This document shows positions 36,801 through 51,800 of a DNA stretch of 64,000 nucleotides, piece after piece; within the stretch, counting starts at the first letter, position 1; the number at the start of each line of letters is the position of its first letter. Position numbers and translations under genes: made by a program. The DNA comes from Phoronis australis (lineage: Eukaryota > Animalia > Phoronida): contig NMRA01000635.1 of the NCBI GenBank assembly GCA_002633005.1, positions 147,007-211,006 of the forward strand. Direction: 5' to 3'. Under the pieces are notes generated by a model. The model was not told the DNA's origin, did no database searches, and worked only from the letters and a program-made list of their open reading frames with translations.

Positions 36801-39800
36801 TAATATATATATATAAGAAAACATAAAGGTTGGACACTTAAACTTTGCCAAGCCGAGGCTCCCAACTTCAACCGTCCAAAATCCGAATAAAATCTGCGTG
36901 CATATCCCTCAGTCTGGTGTTGCATAAACCTTCGAAGCCTTATCTCTCCTAGATCCCATTGATTAACTGTCTTCGTGAGTGGTGAATTGGCGATGGAATT
37001 TCCAAAACAATCTCAAAACTCTGAATTCAAGGACCTGAAATAGTACACATAGTGTACCTAATTATCGGACGGAACCTAAATATCGGACGTTACATAAAAT
37101 CTTACTTGAAGCATAATCTGAGAAATAAATGACACAAATTTTTGATCCGCTGTAATGCATTCAATGTCACCGGCACTGTCTCGTTTTTTTCTAGCGTTGC
37201 CTCGTTTTGATTTTACCGAGAGAGAGTGCAATTTAGACCCCCAAGTCAGCCTAAAATGGACGATTGCATAAATCGGTTATAAAAGTTGAAAACAAAATCT
37301 TTTTCCACAATGAAATCATCTAATTGAACTAACAATATGTCACTGTTCCATTTCTTCATTTGTTTTTAAGCTCAAGTCAAACCCCGGCCGCGCATGTGCG
37401 TGTGTCATATCAAGAAGGCAAAGAGATACTAAAAACTTGAATGAGTTTGCAAGCGCTTTAGTCGTCTGCACTGATTCATCGAAACGACTTGGTGCTGTCA
37501 TCAGACTTCGTGTTGTGGATAAATTTTGTTGCGAATGAAGCTGTGTTTTAGCAGCATATTTCAAAACACTGGAGCTGAAATTTGGCTACAAGGTGCCCGC
37601 AGCCATTACTTGGTTAGTCAGTTTTCCGCAGTGTGGCGTATGGGGAAACATGGTGTCCGATATTTAGGTTCTTCGAAGGTTTGCTAGTTGTGTTTTTTAA
37701 AGATCAGTCGAAACATAAATGTGGCTTTCAGTGACAAGATATAGTAACAGAACAATTCCGTGAAGGTAAGCCTTTATTTCAGCAAAGAATTTACAACATT
37801 CCGTAATATTTTCAATTAAATATAATGCAAAATGTGCCAAAACGTCCGATAATTAGGTCACTTGACTGTAAACATGGCGGACTTCAGTTGTGCTTCAACT
37901 TGTACGCCTGCCGTAGGTGAAACTTCGAGTTTGAGCAAGCAACCTATATTTCAAGTTCAATAATTCTAATCCAAAACTCAACGAATTGAGAATGTTAAAG
38001 TTAGTATTTTAATGATTATTTGTAACTTTATTCCACTGACGTCTCATTTTAGCCTTTAACTTAGAATTTTATTACATAAACTGGCGTATCTTGTTTCTCA
38101 TCTTGACATCATGCACTTTTTTGATTGAAGCACAACACACACTCGGCCAGGAAACGCAGTCCGTGCTAGTATTACAATGCACATGGCCGACGAGTTAACT
38201 CAATGGTTTTGGCCAAAAGTAAAACCTTCATAAGAAATCACAGTACACAAAAAACTTCGCATATCAATACAGTATCAGGATAATTTATATTTGACACAAA
38301 TATGTGAGTAATTACATTTATTTGACAATAAAGTGNCACGAGCTTGCGTACACGTCACAACAAATTATCAGAACTGGTTTCACTTCATTATAAGTTTTTA
38401 GAATTTTGATACCGAAAAATCGAATTTCAGAAGAAATTTTGCTGCTGCCAAGCTATCATCATCACCCGAGAGATGTCGCAAAAATTTTGGAAATGGTGCG
38501 TGCGCGTGACACGAGCGTACTGTTTTCAAAACGACGAAATACTTTTCATTGTTAGAAAAGGCGGAGAGTTACACAAGAAAATGACGTTTATTGCACTGTT
38601 TTTCACTTAAACGGTTTTTAGCGTTACATGTTGATACAAGTTTCACGTCGCAGTGACGAGCAGAACTACCCAGGCTGTGTGCAATTTCGGGGTCTACGGA
38701 AGAAATATACACAGTGGGACCTAGCTGTATTTTGACGACAGCTAGCTGGCTGGCAGATCAAATTGTACATGTATCATTTAGTAGGGTGAGCAAATCAATA
38801 TGGCGGAAATTCATCAAGAGCGAAATTTTTGCCATTTTTCATGATTTTCACAAGCTCATATCTATTAACATACTAAGTGGTGGAAAATGAAAAGTATGCC
38901 AGTGAAATATTTAATTTTTCTTCTTTCTATTGATATCCATTACAAAAAATTGGACATTAATGAGTATTTTTAAAAATTGAAGTAAAGCGAGCACTTCACA
39001 AATTTTTCACTCACCGGTAAATTCTTGTGACTTTCAGTAGGGGTCAAACTTTCAGCTGTTAAATGGCCGTTACTGAACCGATTTTAATGATATTTATATC
39101 AAACTGTTTGCTATAAAATTCTGCTTTCAACCCTGAGTGTACACTTTTTAGTTTTTTGACAAAAATAAGAAAATGTACTTTTTTTAATTTACTGCCTCGC
39201 CACTCTCTCACCTGGAAAAATCCTGAAAGTGTACACTCAATGTCATAATCACTTATCATGTCCTAATCCATTCCTGATCAAATTTTTTCACTTTATCTCA
39301 CCATTTCCATTTAAAGGTAACTTCAGTCATTTTTAAAGAACCATGTTGACCTTTCCAGGGTTCAAATTAAACTCGAACCTGAATGTATTCAACAGAACCA
39401 GTCAAAACTTCTCTAAATTACAAAAAGTGGCCCAAACCTGGTAAAATATTTTCATTAAAATAATATAGAATAGTTTTAAAATTTAATTTACATCAAGTTT
39501 GAGGATGGAGTCATTTTTTATTTTCTTCAAAAATATTTTTTGTTACACTTTTACTACCTCGTGAGGGCGTTGTGATCAGTTTCATTTTTAGAAAATTACA
39601 TAATTCACCAATATAAATGTTCAGTCAACGCTGCAGTGCATCAAAACATTTTAGAATACAAATATGCTGTTTTTAGATAGTCACCAACACAACACCTCTC
39701 AGTTTCTGTATTATTTGATAGGAATGAAATTGATTTAAAATTCGTTGAAATTTTAGGGTCCAATTTAATTTTGTTTAATTAAAAATGCATATTATCATTT

Positions 39801-42800
39801 TTTGTCATTTTGTGTGCAACTTAAGATTGTGAAAACATTGATTTTACTTGGAAAAAAAGATTAATTTACATAACCTCACTGGTTTTTAAATAAATAACGA
39901 AATACTCTGAAAAAGACTAGTTTTCTGGTTTTTGCTCATTTTGAATTCATTTGTTTTGCAAATTTCATTTTTTAGAATGATTTCAAAATCTTTTGAAGCA
40001 AAAGAAACATGTTCACTAAACCATAGTAATTCTTGAAGGGTTTTGTCATTTTCAAGGTAATAAGTTGCTGTCTTTTTAAAACATCACTTGTTCAACTTGG
40101 CTTCTGGGGCAAAAATGTCCGGTCACAAGTCGAAAAAAAACGATGGTGAATTTTTCAATTTTTGTTGTTCTTGTTCGTGCAAAATATAATAATTTGTGGT
40201 TTGGTGTCTATGCCATGTTGTTAACCTACTTGCAAAGGACTCTCCATCATGTTTTAAGAGCACTGTGAGCTATGGATTCCCAAATATAGTTATCTAAACT
40301 TGCCATTTTCTGTGGCCTGAAATTTCTGGGTGCCGTTTGCTTTTAAAAACGCCATTTTTGAGGCTCTAAAATTCAAATAACTTGAGAACCACCGAACTGA
40401 TTTTAAAAATTCAAAAAGTTTTATAAACGGCATGTCTAAAGCTATCATTTAACACTCTTTTCAAGTGTTTCTGATGAAATTTGTATTTGGGTTTGCTCAC
40501 CCTATCATTAGCAAGGTTTTCAGGATGATCAACCTCTTCTCTTGTTCGTCAGTGGTGACCAGTGGCATGAAAATGCAGGACTAGGACTAGTACATTATTT
40601 TTTACTGTTCCTGACCTGAGCAGTGAGGTCCAAAAATACCTAAGCACGGCTTTGCTTTGGTTGAACCACCACACACTGTGCAATGGTTCCACAGCAGGAC
40701 ACATGTAATGTGTCTATGTTGTAGCGATGAATCTTATTGTACTGTATTGCTGATATTACCCAACCCTTTCCTAGGGCGAATGAACGGGAGCGCCACCAGG
40801 AAGGTGAACTCCAGATTTTCTTGCATACTTGTCATGGACTTCATTGGTGTCTCATCTGTATTACCACGATACAACTTGTTACAAGTGAACACATCACAAG
40901 GTTTTCTCTCATAATCGTGCAGCTCCTAAACCACCACAGCACCACCATAGCATATGTGCCGTCCAAGGTCCGTGGGTACTAGTTGGCAATGCTTCTTTAG
41001 TATATCGTACCAAGATTACATGTCCCAGGAATCAAATGAGCAACCCGACAAGACAGCAATTAAGCGTGCTAAGCATTCAGCTAATAGACAATTTCCATTA
41101 GTAAGTGACTGTCAGAGGCTTATATTCATCTGAAGCAAATCAACAACAGTATCAACTCACTTAGGTCCAAACCATGTTGTTTTGATGCATTTGGGTTATC
41201 ATAGGTCCAAACCACGTTCTTTTGGTGGAGTTGGGTTATCATAGGTCCAAACCACATTCTTTTTGTGTAATTGGGTTATCATAGGTCCAAACCACATTCT
41301 TTTTGTGTAATTGGGTTATCATAGGTCCAAACCACATTCTTTTGGTGGAGTTGGGTTATCATAGGTCCATACCACGTTCTTTTGGTGCAGTTGGGTTATC
41401 ATAGGTCCAAACCACATTCTTTTGGTGTAGTTGGATTATCATAGGTCCAAACCACATTCTTTTGGTGGAGTTGGGTTATCATAGGTCCATACCACGTTCT
41501 TTTGGTGTAGTTGGATTATCATAGGTCCAAACCACATTCTTTTGGTGCAGTTGGGTTATCATAGGTCCAAACCACATTCTTTTTGTGTAATTGGGTTATC
41601 ATTGGTCCAAACCACATTCTTCATGTCCTGAGCACATCCACTACCACAAGAAACTAGAGGAACATGGCATTTATCCACCTTCACTCTTATCAGGCTTCTA
41701 TTGTGAGTCAGCATGCGTGAATAATTGGCTGATAAGTCACCTATGAAACTACTTTTGGCTGAATGGATGACCAGGCCATAAAATGATAAATAGCCAAGAC
41801 CTTGCTGCATGGAATAGTTAATACCTTCATGGCAATTTTGAAAGAGTGGGCATCTTCTGCTAGTCTTTCGCTGAAAGTGTGTTAAAAAACTTGGTTCACT
41901 GACCTCTGATTTTCTGGATTAAGCATACATTAAAATTCAAATTTGCAACGTTTTCAGTTCCACTATCATTATGCTATTGAAACAAGCAAAAATTGGCAAC
42001 AATCCCTACAAGCAAGAAAGAATATCTCGTAGCATCACCTGGCCTTGTTGGAAAGCTGTATACTGTATTGACCCTAATCAACGCCCCGGGCGCTTTGAAA
42101 AACTCATTTCACGGAGGGGATGCTTATTGTAAGGCATTTGAAACCCGGTTTCCGAAACGGGTAAAATCGGAAGCTAGAATTCATCAAATTTACGCTCTGT
42201 GATGTATTTGTAGCCTATGACAGTCTTTCTACAAAACTGTAGTGCATTGCTATCAAACTCCGTTGTTAAAATACGATCATTTTTAGAAAAAAAAATGTGC
42301 TGAAATCCCAGGGCAAAAAACTTTCCGACTGATAAGTCGCTAAATTGTCAATAGGAAAACTTGAATTCTTGAATAAAAACAAAGTTTCGACAAAACAAAT
42401 TACCTGAAATCCTCCTTGTTTTACAATTTTTTAAGTTCATGTGGAGTCCAGATTAATTGGGATTAAGTCCAAATCTGCGCTACATCGTACCTCACAACAC
42501 GAGAAAAATCTCTGGATGAACACACATGTTGTTGTCACGTGACGTTTGTTTTGAAGTTCGTCTGCATATGAGAGTGAGTGTGCGAGCGCGTGCGGGTCAT
42601 CGACAACAGACTTTGTTACAAAAGGCGGAGGATTATGCAAGAAAATGGCGTTTATTAGATTGTTTTTCGCTTAAACGGCTGCAGCATGCAAGGTGAGTGC
42701 CGGTGAACTCACACATTTGTGTGCACAGGCCGACGGTCGTTAGCTCAACCGTGGAATATAACATTAATAATCCTAGGCTTGATCTACATGTACATGGGTG

Positions 42801-45800
42801 ACAAGCTGAACTATGCGGGCTGTGTGAAATTTCTGGGTCTAATGGAGACACTGTCGCAGTGGTATCTATAGTTAGCCAGCTCGCTGTATAAAGACTATTG
42901 TCAAACTTCAAATTCGTTTTATCGTTTCCGTCAATAATAACGGCATGCTAAAGTTTCTTAATGTTCGTACTTCAGGAACATGATGATCCCGTGTTTTGTA
43001 CACATACACGCACTACGCAGATCACATCTCGGAAATTGCCGATTTGACGGATGACAATGAATGAGCACAATGAAATTAAACAACGTCATTTTACAGCTTG
43101 TAAGATTCATAATAAACGTATTTTGAATATTGCAATGCATGTGTTCCAAAATCTTAATAACTTGGGTCCTATATTTTTGTATTAGTGCACGCCGAATGAA
43201 AGTAATCGTGAGTGTTGCTGTGTTGCTAAATCTCTTATTCTGGGCCAATTTGAAAAATTCAAAGTTGTACCTACATTTTTTTCTCTCCTCTTTTCAAATA
43301 TTAAACTCAAAACTACGTAAAACGCTCTCCATAAAAGTACGGTCATCTAGGCTAGGTTGTAATCAGCTGATCGTATCTGCATGAGCGAAGCCAATTATCC
43401 TCGCTCGTGACTGGATGAATAGAGCTGCTAGGCGGGATCCCTTTGATCGTGAGCTGAGCGCAACACAGCCAAGGTGGATAAATATGGTCTAGTTCAATTG
43501 GCCAAACCCCACCGTTTTCCCTGAGCGGCGGGGTTTGGGGCTATCTTATTTAGTGGGAATGTTTTGGCATGTTTTTGTGCAGTTGGGTGGTCATAGGTCC
43601 AAACCACATTCTTTTGGTGCACTTGGGTGGTCATAGGTCCAAACCACGTTCTTTTGGTGCAGTTGGGTTATCATAGGTCCAAACCACATTCTTTTTGTGC
43701 AGTTGGGTGCTCATAGGTCCAAACCATGTTCTTTTGGTGTAGTTAGATGATCACAGGCCAAACCAGGTTTTGTTCCATGTAGTTGTGTTATCATAGGTCC
43801 AAACCAGGTTGTTTTGGTGTAGTTGGGTGATCACAGGCCAAACCAGGTTGTTTTGGTGTAGTTGGGTGATCACAGGCCAAACCAGGTTGTTTTGGTGTAG
43901 TTGGGTGATCACAGGCCAAACCAGGTTGTTTTGGTGTAGTTGGGTGGTCATAGGTCCAAACCATGCTCTTTTGGCAATTGCATTCATTTTCTTAATTGTT
44001 TTTCCAGAAAATAGCCCTGCAGTTTAAAGCTCAACTGGTTAATGTTACAAATGTGACCCCTGTTGGTGAAGACTTCAGGTGGTATTTGAAGGTTTGTTGA
44101 AGTTTGAAAAGAGCTCCACATCTTGTTTTATGTTTAAATGATTACCTTGGTGGTAGACTGGACTGTTTTAGCAAAATATCAGGTTCTTGTTTAACACTCA
44201 TTTATATTTTTTGATACATAATTTGTCCAGTTCTTGTCATACGTGAACACATTGAAGTAATCAATCATTAAAAGTTTTGTGGGATAACACAACAGCTTTC
44301 TCAGTTTGATAATAGCTTTGCTGTGGCCTTGTGTATTTTGTTGCTGCCCATCTGTGCACTGCTTACTTATCAAATCACGTGTATCTTAGACAGTACAAGG
44401 CTCCATGCTTCATATAACGTCAAATCGCCAAATGTAATGTGGCGTGATTTCCAGGAATGGAGCTCACAAAAACGAGCTCACCAAAACAAGGAAGCCCCGT
44501 ATGTGGCAATGTTGCTGTTCAAGGTGACTAGAACAATAAAGCTACCTTGTGTGCACAGCAACGGCCGATTTCCTCGGTACACATTGCGTGTGCATGCATC
44601 GTGATAGGCCCGATTCCGACTCTTGTTTGTTTATTTCTTGTTGTAATTCAGGCTTGTTCTCAAATGTGTCTTGAAGGTAACTGATTTCATGAAATAAGTA
44701 GAATAATTGGGAACCAAAGGTATGGTATTGGGAAAAAATGTTATTAATTTTGAAAGTTTGGAAGTCGTCACAAATTTCAAAGTCAATTGCAGGTGAATTT
44801 ACCCTAGTTCTTACGACACAAAAATCTTGTGACTTCATAGAACTTCTACCATCCTACTAAAACATTGAGGTTGCATTAGGGAACAAATTAAATTATAAGA
44901 ACTTCAACATTTTGTTTTCAGTTGAAATGTGTGAACTGTGGCGAAGAACCTGACCATTACCAGTATTTGACATTATCAGTAAGTCTTCTACATTTAGCAG
45001 TTTTAACACCAAAGGCCAGATTTCATTAGCATTTCAAGAAGGTAGTCTTTTTCTATTTGCTTTCACACTGTGCTTCTAAAGAACTTGTAAGGGGACATTA
45101 CCTTTCTTGAAGGCATTTTTATGCGCCCACATATTTATATATGGGTGCATATTGTTGTCATCTCTGTCTGGGCATCTGGCGTCTACAGCTGTATCTCCTA
45201 AACCCCTCAAAGGATCTCGGTGAGTTTTGGCAGATGTGTTCCTATGAAGCTGATCACGGATGGCTACGAATTTCGGACCTCTCCAACTACCGGTGTGCCC
45301 CTAGTGGCACTTTTAGTATTTTACCTCTGTACATTCGGTGGTCCTCAACAGATTTTCATAAACTTTGGCAGATAGCGGAGAGGGAATATATGCAGATTTG
45401 CAAAAATGGAGCACTCTGTGACAAGTTTTTGGAATTGGTACAATGTTAGGTATGAACAAACTAGGAAATTCAAAAAACTCTGCAAACAAAGTGTGCTGAC
45501 CCCCTGGTGGTCGGTACATGCAAAATTATGGCCACCGCCGAAAATGGAAATTGGTGTTTCTCGGCTACTATTATCACTAGAGCAAATTCTAATGTGTTTT
45601 CAGTATTTTTGGGGGTGAGGAGTTCATTTCTGGTATCAGTTTTATGTTTTGAGGTCAATTCAAAATGATACTTTGAATGCAAATGCCATTCCCAAATGAC
45701 TCAAAATTATGTGTGTCCTCATAGAAGTTACTTTGTTTAATTAATGGGTATATCGATGTGATTCGCCGCACAAAATCCTAAAATTACCATTTTCCAAACT

Positions 45801-48800
45801 CAGATTTGCACAAAACAGGATTTGTCCAGCTGACTGTGACAATACTTCTAGACTGAGACATAGAAACATAGATACTTTATTAGCAACTGAATGAACAGAA
45901 TTGTCTACCAAATGCTGCTGACTGCTAGTTTGTATCATGTACTTATAAAGCAATCAGACATTGAGAAGATGAAATGTCAAGTTTAAGAGTTATTGCTAGT
46001 GCAAGCACCTTCACATTTGCTTAATGTGGTACACTGGGGTTCAGCTCTAGGACACTCATTTACCTTTGCTGGCAACAGCGCAGCCATAATGGAGAAGTAG
46101 GGAACACGCCTAGCTTACAGCTTCCAGATCTATCCAATAAGGTGTCCATTTTTAGTTGTAGCATTCCTTTCCCAACCCCATTGACCTGGGTTTGGTATCT
46201 GGGTTTTTTTGGCAAGGGACTGTTTCGAAATGAAAGCTGCAGCGAGTAAGGCACGCTTAACATGTTGGAATATAGCATGCTGTGTTGGTAGGGATTCTAG
46301 AATCTTGAGGTCATGGGTGAACAGAAGCTTTCCTGCTTCATTCTCAGAATATATATTGAAAACATGGTCTTGTGCTCTAGTGATAATGTCCGAGATATGC
46401 CAATTTCCCTTTTTGTGCGTAGCAGCCACGAGGGGGTTTGCACAGTTTCTTTGCGGTGTTTTAATGTTTAACCTATCCTTAACATTATACCAATTTGCAA
46501 AACTTGTCACGAAGTGCTCGATTTTTTGGATTTGAGGTACTTTGCGCCAGTAGCCATTTTTACTGCTGTTTTCAAGTCTGTTTTTTGGCGTCCAACTCTC
46601 TATCAACCAAACCACTCTGAGGATGATTGTGAAAATTTGGCTGACGAGGCTTTTCCGATGACGTCTACTACTGCAGTGGCGAATTTAAGGGGTGGGGGGC
46701 CTAGAGGGCCATGGCCCCCTCTAAAATTCCCCTAGATTCCATTTGGCAGTACGGGGTACGGATGTCTGACGGACAAAATCCTGGCTAATACTCTGCCCTG
46801 GCCCCGCTAACTCAAAGTCGGGGATCCTCCCCTGTACTGTAGCACCTCCTAGGGGGAAGTTTTGTTTGTTTTTTGCGCTCATGGCTATATCTCCTAAACA
46901 CTCTGTAAGATCTTTTATTAATTTAGTACGTGTATTAATATGAAGTTGACAACAGATGATGACGACTTTCGGAAAGATCGGACTACGGGTGTGCCCCCTA
47001 GTGGCAATCTTATTTTTTATGTTTACCTTTGTATCTTCAAACTTCCTCTGCAGATTTTCATAAAATTTGGCAGATAGGCATTTATCGGTGAGCTGACACT
47101 ATGAATGGATTCCAGGTATTTTACACCACCTAGTGGCCATTTTTTTGTTTTCAAGTTTTTTGGTGCCTGCCCCTCTGTCAACCAAACCACGCTAAGGATG
47201 ATTCTGAAAATTAGTATATATATTGAACTTCCTACTGTGAAGAGTAGGACTGACGTTGATTTTCCGTCAAATTTGAATACTGTGGCACCTCCTACTGGCA
47301 ATTTTGTTTGTTTTTATGCCTATGGCTGTATTTCCTAAATGCTTCACAGACTCTTTATTAAATTTAGCAAGTGTAACGATGACTTTCGGATGGATCGGAC
47401 TGCTGGTGTGCCCCCAAGTGGCAATTTTCATTTTAACGTTTACTGCTGGCGTCTGCAGCTGTATCTCCTAAACCCCTTGCAGGACCTTTATGAAATTTGG
47501 CAGATGTGTTCCTATGAAGATGGCAACAAACGGCAATGGATTTCGGATGGATCTGACTACCCTTGTGGCCCATAGTGGCAATTTTAATTATTTATGTCTA
47601 CCTCTGTATCTTCAAAGGTCCTCAAGGGATTTTCATGAAACTTGGCACATAAGCATCTATTAATGCGATTATCATATCCTCCCATTTTGGGATGGATTCA
47701 AGGTATTTTTTTGCCACGTAGTGGCCATTTTTACTTTTACAAGTCTGTTTTGGTGTCCTCCCGTCTACCTGCCAAATCACTCTAAGGATGATCATGAAAA
47801 TTGGCATGTATGTTCTTAGTGTGAAGGAATGATTGACGATGACTTTCCAACGACTTCTGCTACTCTGGCTCGTCCAAGTTACTTATTATTTATTTTTATT
47901 AATGTAATATTTACAATGAGGGTAACCCCATCAGTTCACACTGCTTTCCATGGGGGCCCTCAGTAAAAAACAAACAGATAATGAGACGAAAACAGAATTA
48001 CAAAATGAAAGACAAATTTAAGTAATAAGCAAAGAATAAGAAATTAACATGGAAAGACTGATGAAGCAAAATAAAAAATAAAATATGATAAATAAAAGAT
48101 AAAGAAATTAAGACAAGATAATTTACTAAAAATAAAAAAAATAAATATGAATATAAAAAAATTGAAACAGACAATAAATAATTAATAAAAGTAAGACATT
48201 ATATCAATAAAAAATGAATAAACATGCAATTCTTAGACACTACATTGAGTCAAATCTATTTCTTATAATTCTTTTAAAGGTTAGAAAGGATGATGTAGAT
48301 TTGGCGTCTGCAGGGAGAGAGTTCCATAAAAGGGGCCCACTGTAGGAAAATGATTTTTTCCCAGTATCGCTTCTGCGTTTAGGAAGATTGAAATCAGATG
48401 ATGATGAGGACCTAGTATTGTAGCGATTAGTAGTCATCTTAAACTTAGCACATAAATAAGATGGGGCAAGACCTTTAAAACATACAACAAGCAGAAAGGA
48501 ATTGATGTCTTGTCAGAATTTTCATTATACCAGTCTCTATGAAGGTTTTCGATACTAATATCTCTTAACACCAGCTCCCAGAATAATCTGGGCAGCCCTA
48601 CTTTGGATACCCTAGATGGTTTTCATATCCTTGCCTGATGCAATACCCCACATCGGGAGGCAATAATCTAGGTAAGGTTGAATGATAGTATTAAAAAGGG
48701 TTTTCAGTGTTGCTCTGTTAACGAATTTACTGATGAGTTTCAATACGCCGATTTTCTTAGACACCTTTTTCGAGATATAATCAACGTGGTGAGAGAATTT

Positions 48801-51800
48801 AAGATTTTGATCATATATAAGTCCCAGATATTTAAAGGAATTGACGTTCTCAATTGGTCTTCCATCCATAGTTAATGACAGGGTTTGGTTTCTAAGTCTT
48901 TGGGATGTGCCAAATAGAAGAGTTTTAGTTTTAGAAACATTTAAAGATAGTTTATTGATACAAGCCAATCTGAAATGATTGTTAAATCAGAGACGAGATT
49001 GGCCTGGATTTCAGATGAGGTTCTTCCTGCAGACAGTATTGTTGTGTCAGCCGCATAGAGAACAATCTTAGAATTTTGAATTACTGAGGGAAGATCATTG
49101 ACAAAGATGCAAAATAGCAAGGGCCCCAGTATAGACCCCTGGGGAACACCTGTTTTAACGGTTTTGAGATCAGAGATATCTTTGCCGACACGGGTAGCTT
49201 GAGTTCTGTTACAAAGATAATCCTGAAACCACTTGGCTTCCACACCAGTGACCCCATAGGCTTTAAGCTTCTTTAACAAGATAGTGTGGTCGACGGCGTC
49301 AAATGCTTTCCTTAGATCAATAAAAACAGTACCAGTCAATAATCCTTGATCCATATTAGAATAAATATGGTCAGTGACGTCAATGTTAGTAGTTAATGTT
49401 GAATGGAGTGGTCGAAAACCAGACTGGGCATCAGTCAAGAGGTTGTTAGTTTGGAAGTAAGAATGAAGTTGTTTGTGGACCCATTTTTCAAGGATTTTTG
49501 ATATCGATGGTAGAATTGAAATGAGTCTGTAATTTTTGCAGCATGATTTGTCACCGTCTTTGAAAAGTGGAGTAACAACGGCGGATTTCCACTCTGATGG
49601 TATGGTTGATGTTTTCAGTGATAAATTGATCAGTGAAGTAATGGGCTGAGAGATTGTCTCAGCAGATAGTTTAAGGATTTTAGTACTGATGCCATCAAAT
49701 CCAGTAGCAGAATTGCCATCCATTGATTTGAGTTGGTGGCAAACAAACTTAGCGTCAACCTCGTGGAATTTAAAAGCTATATCTTCGCTGACCTGGGGTG
49801 GAAATAAGTGACTAGTGTTTCCAAATTGTCGTGCTAGGTTATGGCCCGTATTCGTGAAAAAGTCGTTAAAAGTATTAGCCATGACTGCGTTATCAGATGT
49901 CATGCCGTCATTCGTTTTCAGTTCAGCGATATTAGTGTTCAATTTCCCTGGTAAAACAGACTTTATAATTTTCCATAAGGATTTACCATCTGATTTGTTG
50001 TCATTAATTAACGTATTATAATAATCTGCCTTGGCCTGTTTTGTTGCCTTATTGGTTAGATTACGCGCTGTTTTGAATTTGTTCCAGTTACAAGTATTAC
50101 GCGAACGTTGGGCTATACGTTTAAGATAATCACGTCTGCGAGACAATAAAATTAGCTCCTCGTTGTACCAAGGAGGCGATTTACCTTTGATTCTAATTTG
50201 GATAATAGGTTCATGTTTATCCAAAACATCACAGAAAGTTTTCTTAAATTCAGTCGACAAAGCCTCAGGATCACCACTTGATGCTAACGTCGCCCAGTCG
50301 ATGTTATGTAGATCGTTAACAAAAACAGAACGATCAAAGTTATGGTACGAGCGGTTAGTTATTGTCCGAGGTGGAGTTTTTGGGCGTACAGATTTGTAAC
50401 AGTTTTGTTTTTTGTTGCCATAGCTGTATCCTAAACCCACTGCAGAATCTTTGTTGAAATTAGCAAATTAGTATATTTATACAAAATTGACAATGGAAGA
50501 TGTCGACTTTCGGACGTATCTGACTAACAGTGTACCTTTGGTGGCAGTTTTATATTTTTACGTTTACCTCTTTATTTTCAAAAGTCCTGAGTGGATTTTC
50601 ATATAATGTGGCAGATAGGCATCTATTAGTGAAGTGACATTTCCACCTTTTTTTGATGGATTTGAGATATTTTGTGCCATCTAGTGGCCATTTTCAAGTT
50701 TGGTAACATCCGTCCCTCTGTCAATGAAACCACTCTAACAGTTGGCATATATGTTCATACTGTGAAGAGGTCTGGCGGACTTCGACTACTGTGGTTCCTC
50801 CAAGTGGTATCCCATAATTGTATCTCCTATACTCATTGCAGGAAGGGCTTAGTGTATTTATGTGAAGTTGACAACGGATCCGACGATCGATTTGCCAACT
50901 CTATGTTTTCCTCTGTTTCTCTGACGTTCCTTGACGGATTTTTATGAACTGTAAGGAATAGCTTCCTATTAAAGAAAGGATGACATTTTTTGTTTACGGA
51001 TGGATTCGACGTATTTTGTGCCATATAGGGGCCACCTTTACTGTTTTCGAGTCTGTTTTTTTAATGTCTGCTCCTCTATCAACCAAACCACTACAAGGAT
51101 GATTGCTAAAATTGGCTGATATATTCTTAGCATAAAGACTACGATTAACAGTGATTTTCTGATGGCTTTGACAACTGGAACCTCCTATTGGCATTTTTGG
51201 TATCAATAAGTGTATCTCCTAAACACACTGTCGGATCTTTATTACATTTAGTAAGTGTATTTTTGAAGTTGACAACAGAGGATGGCGACTTTAAGATGGA
51301 TCCGATGATTGCTGTGCCCCCTGGTGGCAATTTTATTTTTCTCCGTTTTTCTCTTACTGTGAAGCTCCTTGACGGATTTTTATGAAATTTGGTAAATAGC
51401 TTTGTATTAAAGAAACGATGACATGTTACTGTTTTCAGATGGATTTGACATATTTTGACCATTTTTAGGGTAAAAATAAGCACAGTGTTTGTGGTGCATT
51501 TGTTGGTGCATTTCACATCTCCTCATTGCTCTTGTTATAAAAATCGACTGAAAAGATTCAAAGTACTCTCTATATTAAAGGCGAAGGCAACCTTTTTCCA
51601 TGTCATTTTGAGCTAAAATAAGGTTGGTTGGTTATCCTAGACATATTTTTCACTTAATTACAGCTTTTCGTAATTTTATTAATTACTCGTCCGCTTTTCC
51701 GGAAGTGACGTTTTAGGAGGCAAGCGCTTCCCGCCAATTTCTTTTCACATAGTCTGACTGTGAGAGCTGCNNNNNNNNNNNNNNNNNNNNNNNNNNNNNN

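Larger units (their letters stand above)
45116..51536 (+). mobile_element. HINE family A copy 2, interrupted by nested Academ-like, MITE and LINE insertions
   Basis: Starts tttttATGCGCCCAC...gggtgcat and ends gttggtgcatttca...ttgctcttgtt; same ~145-bp units (gtgccccctagtggc) as copy 1, in reverse orientation. Confidence 0.78.

Noticed and set aside
50399-50440. N-terminus MGLGYSYGNKKQNC of the 499-aa RT ORF as a true start
   Set aside because: It derives from flanking HINE sequence; the LINE is 5'-truncated and lacks the endonuclease domain.
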